The notes beneath the pieces are model-generated. The model had not been told where the DNA came from, did no database searches, and was given only the letters and a program-made list of their open reading frames with translations. From the IMG/VR virus record IMGVR_UViG_3300044608_002164, positions 1 through 35,350 of that record: a stretch of DNA of 35,350 bases. One strand, written 5' to 3'. The DNA is from a virus. Lineage: Duplodnaviria > Caudoviricetes. Positions within the stretch are counted from its first letter, which is position 1, and each line of letters begins with the position of its first letter. Made by a program: the position numbers and the translations under genes. Positions 34,196 to 35,350 of the stretch are shown here, piece after piece.

Positions 34196-34393
34196 ATGGG
34201 CATGATGACCTTCCGGCGCCTACGCGCCCAAGAAGCCGCCGCGGTCACAGGCCGCAGTACCCCCGCTCCGGCGTCCCCACCACCCCCCAGCCCGCGGAAA
34301 ACTAGGAGCAAGGAGAGCCTGTCCGATGCCGCTAGCACTGATCCGCAGGCTCATCAAGGGCACCCCGCTGACAGCGGCCGAGCACGACGGTAA
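34196..34393 (+). CDS. Small basic low-complexity protein
   Basis: MGMMTFRRLRAQEAAA...; overlaps the start of the next gene. Confidence 0.45.
   Translation: MGMMTFRRLRAQEAAAVTGRSTPAPASPPPPSPRKTRSKESLSDAASTDPQAHQGHPADSGRARR
34296..34306 (+). promoter_or_regulatory. Late-gene motif GGAAAACTAGG, copy 6
   Basis: 19 nt before ATG 34326. Confidence 0.65.
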
Positions 34394-35350
34394 CCTCAAC
34401 GTCCTCGAAGCCGCTATCGCCGCGTCCCTCCAACCAGGCCAGGCGATCCCGTCCGATGTGGAGTGCCGCAACAACAGCGGCGTAGGTCTAACCGCAGGCG
34501 CACCGGTCTACATCGTCAGCAGCTCTGGCACTAAGCCGACGGTTGCCCTTGCGGACGCCTCCTCGGAAGCGACCGCTGCCCGCTCGCTGGGCCTGGTTGT
34601 CGCGACGGTGGGCAACAACGCGGACTGCATGGTTCGCACCCACGGCGTCCTCACCGGCGTCAACACAGCGACGCTCACCGAGGGCGCCGCGGTGTGGCTG
34701 AGCGAGACCACCGGGCAGCTCACCAGCACACGCCCCACACAGCCGGCGCATGGCGTGTTCTTCGGCTTCTGCGTCAAACAGGCTGCCGGCACCGCCGGAA
34801 TCATCTACATCAATGTCATCAACGGCCAAGAGCTGGATGAGCTGCACGATGTTCTGATCAGCTCTGCTGCCGAAGGCCAGGTGCTGCGCCGGGCTGCCGA
34901 TGGCCTCTGGAAGAACCACACGCTGACACCCGGCGACGTCGGAGCCCAACCGCTCGACACCGACCTAACGGCAATAGCTGCGCTCACCACAGCGGCATTC
35001 GGGCGAGGACTTCTGACGGCCGCCGACGCAGCAGCAGCCCGGACGGCGATCGGCGCCGGCACCAGCAACGTGGCGATCAGCACGGCGACGCCGCAAGCGC
35101 CGGGCACTCCTGCAGCAGGCACTACGGGGCAGGCTGCGGACGCCGGACACGTCCACGCATTGCCTTCGCTTATAGCCACAGCACCGTTGGCCTACGATGC
35201 GCCAAATCAAACGATTAGCCTGTTGAACATCGGCGACGGCATGGTGCTGGTGATCAGCAACAAGGGCGAGACTGCGACCGCTGGCACCAACTACGCCGAG
35301 GTGCCGGTGCCGGTGCCGTCTGGATCGTTCACCCTGACGGCGGTGAGGTT
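34326..35350 (+). CDS. Fibre-like structural protein, 3'-partial; not in the ORF track
   Basis: My translation: MPLALIRRLIKGTPLTAAEHDGNL...GAPVYI...ALADASSE...ELDELHDVLI...GQVLRRAADGLWKN...QPLDTDLTAIAAL; open to the window edge. Confidence 0.75.
   Translation, partial: MPLALIRRLIKGTPLTAAEHDGNLNVLEAAIAASLQPGQAIPSDVECRNNSGVGLTAGAPVYIVSSSGTKPTVALADASSEATAARSLGLVVATVGNNADCMVRTHGVLTGVNTATLTEGAAVWLSETTGQLTSTRPTQPAHGVFFGFCVKQAAGTAGIIYINVINGQELDELHDVLISSAAEGQVLRRAADGLWKNHTLTPGDVGAQPLDTDLTAIAALTTAAFGRGLLTAADAAAARTAIGAGTSNVAISTATPQAPGTPAAGTTGQAADAGHVHALPSLIATAPLAYDAPNQTISLLNIGDGMVLVISNKGETATAGTNYAEVPVPVPSGSFTLTAVR

Noticed and set aside
1-35350. tRNAs, introns, inteins, reverse transcriptase/DGR, photosynthesis genes
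   Set aside because: None recognised by eye, and polA, terL and thyX look uninterrupted. tRNAscan-SE and Infernal would be needed to exclude RNA genes.

Overview
The window is most of a high-GC tailed-phage genome, very likely a siphovirus-type cyanophage of Synechococcus/Cyanobium-like hosts. The host is inferred from a cyanobacterial-type ThyX, dCTP deaminase and RpoD-like sigma factor, with no database search. Left to right: (1) end of the tail module, with a tail assembly chaperone carrying an A AAA AAG -1 frameshift into a 216-codon frame missing from the ORF track; (2) lysis genes; (3) a leftward replication/transcription block (sigma70, thyX, DNA polymerase A, primase-helicase with an embedded 73-bp-period repeat array); (4) a rightward block (SSB-like protein, many small coupled genes, dcd, a vanadium haloperoxidase homolog, a dATP/dGTP diphosphohydrolase, a PD-(D/E)XK exonuclease); (5) a compositionally distinct leftward early-type region bracketed by Fur-box-like palindromes; (6) packaging and head genes, ending in a fibre gene that runs off the right edge. 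No integrase, tRNA or CRISPR array was recognised. The most unusual item is an apparently intact, phage-adapted vanadium-dependent bromoperoxidase-type gene. Several recurring cis-elements also outline a regulatory circuit: a six-copy late-gene motif, overlapping early/late promoters at terS, Fur-like boxes and a possible counter-transcript at the primase.
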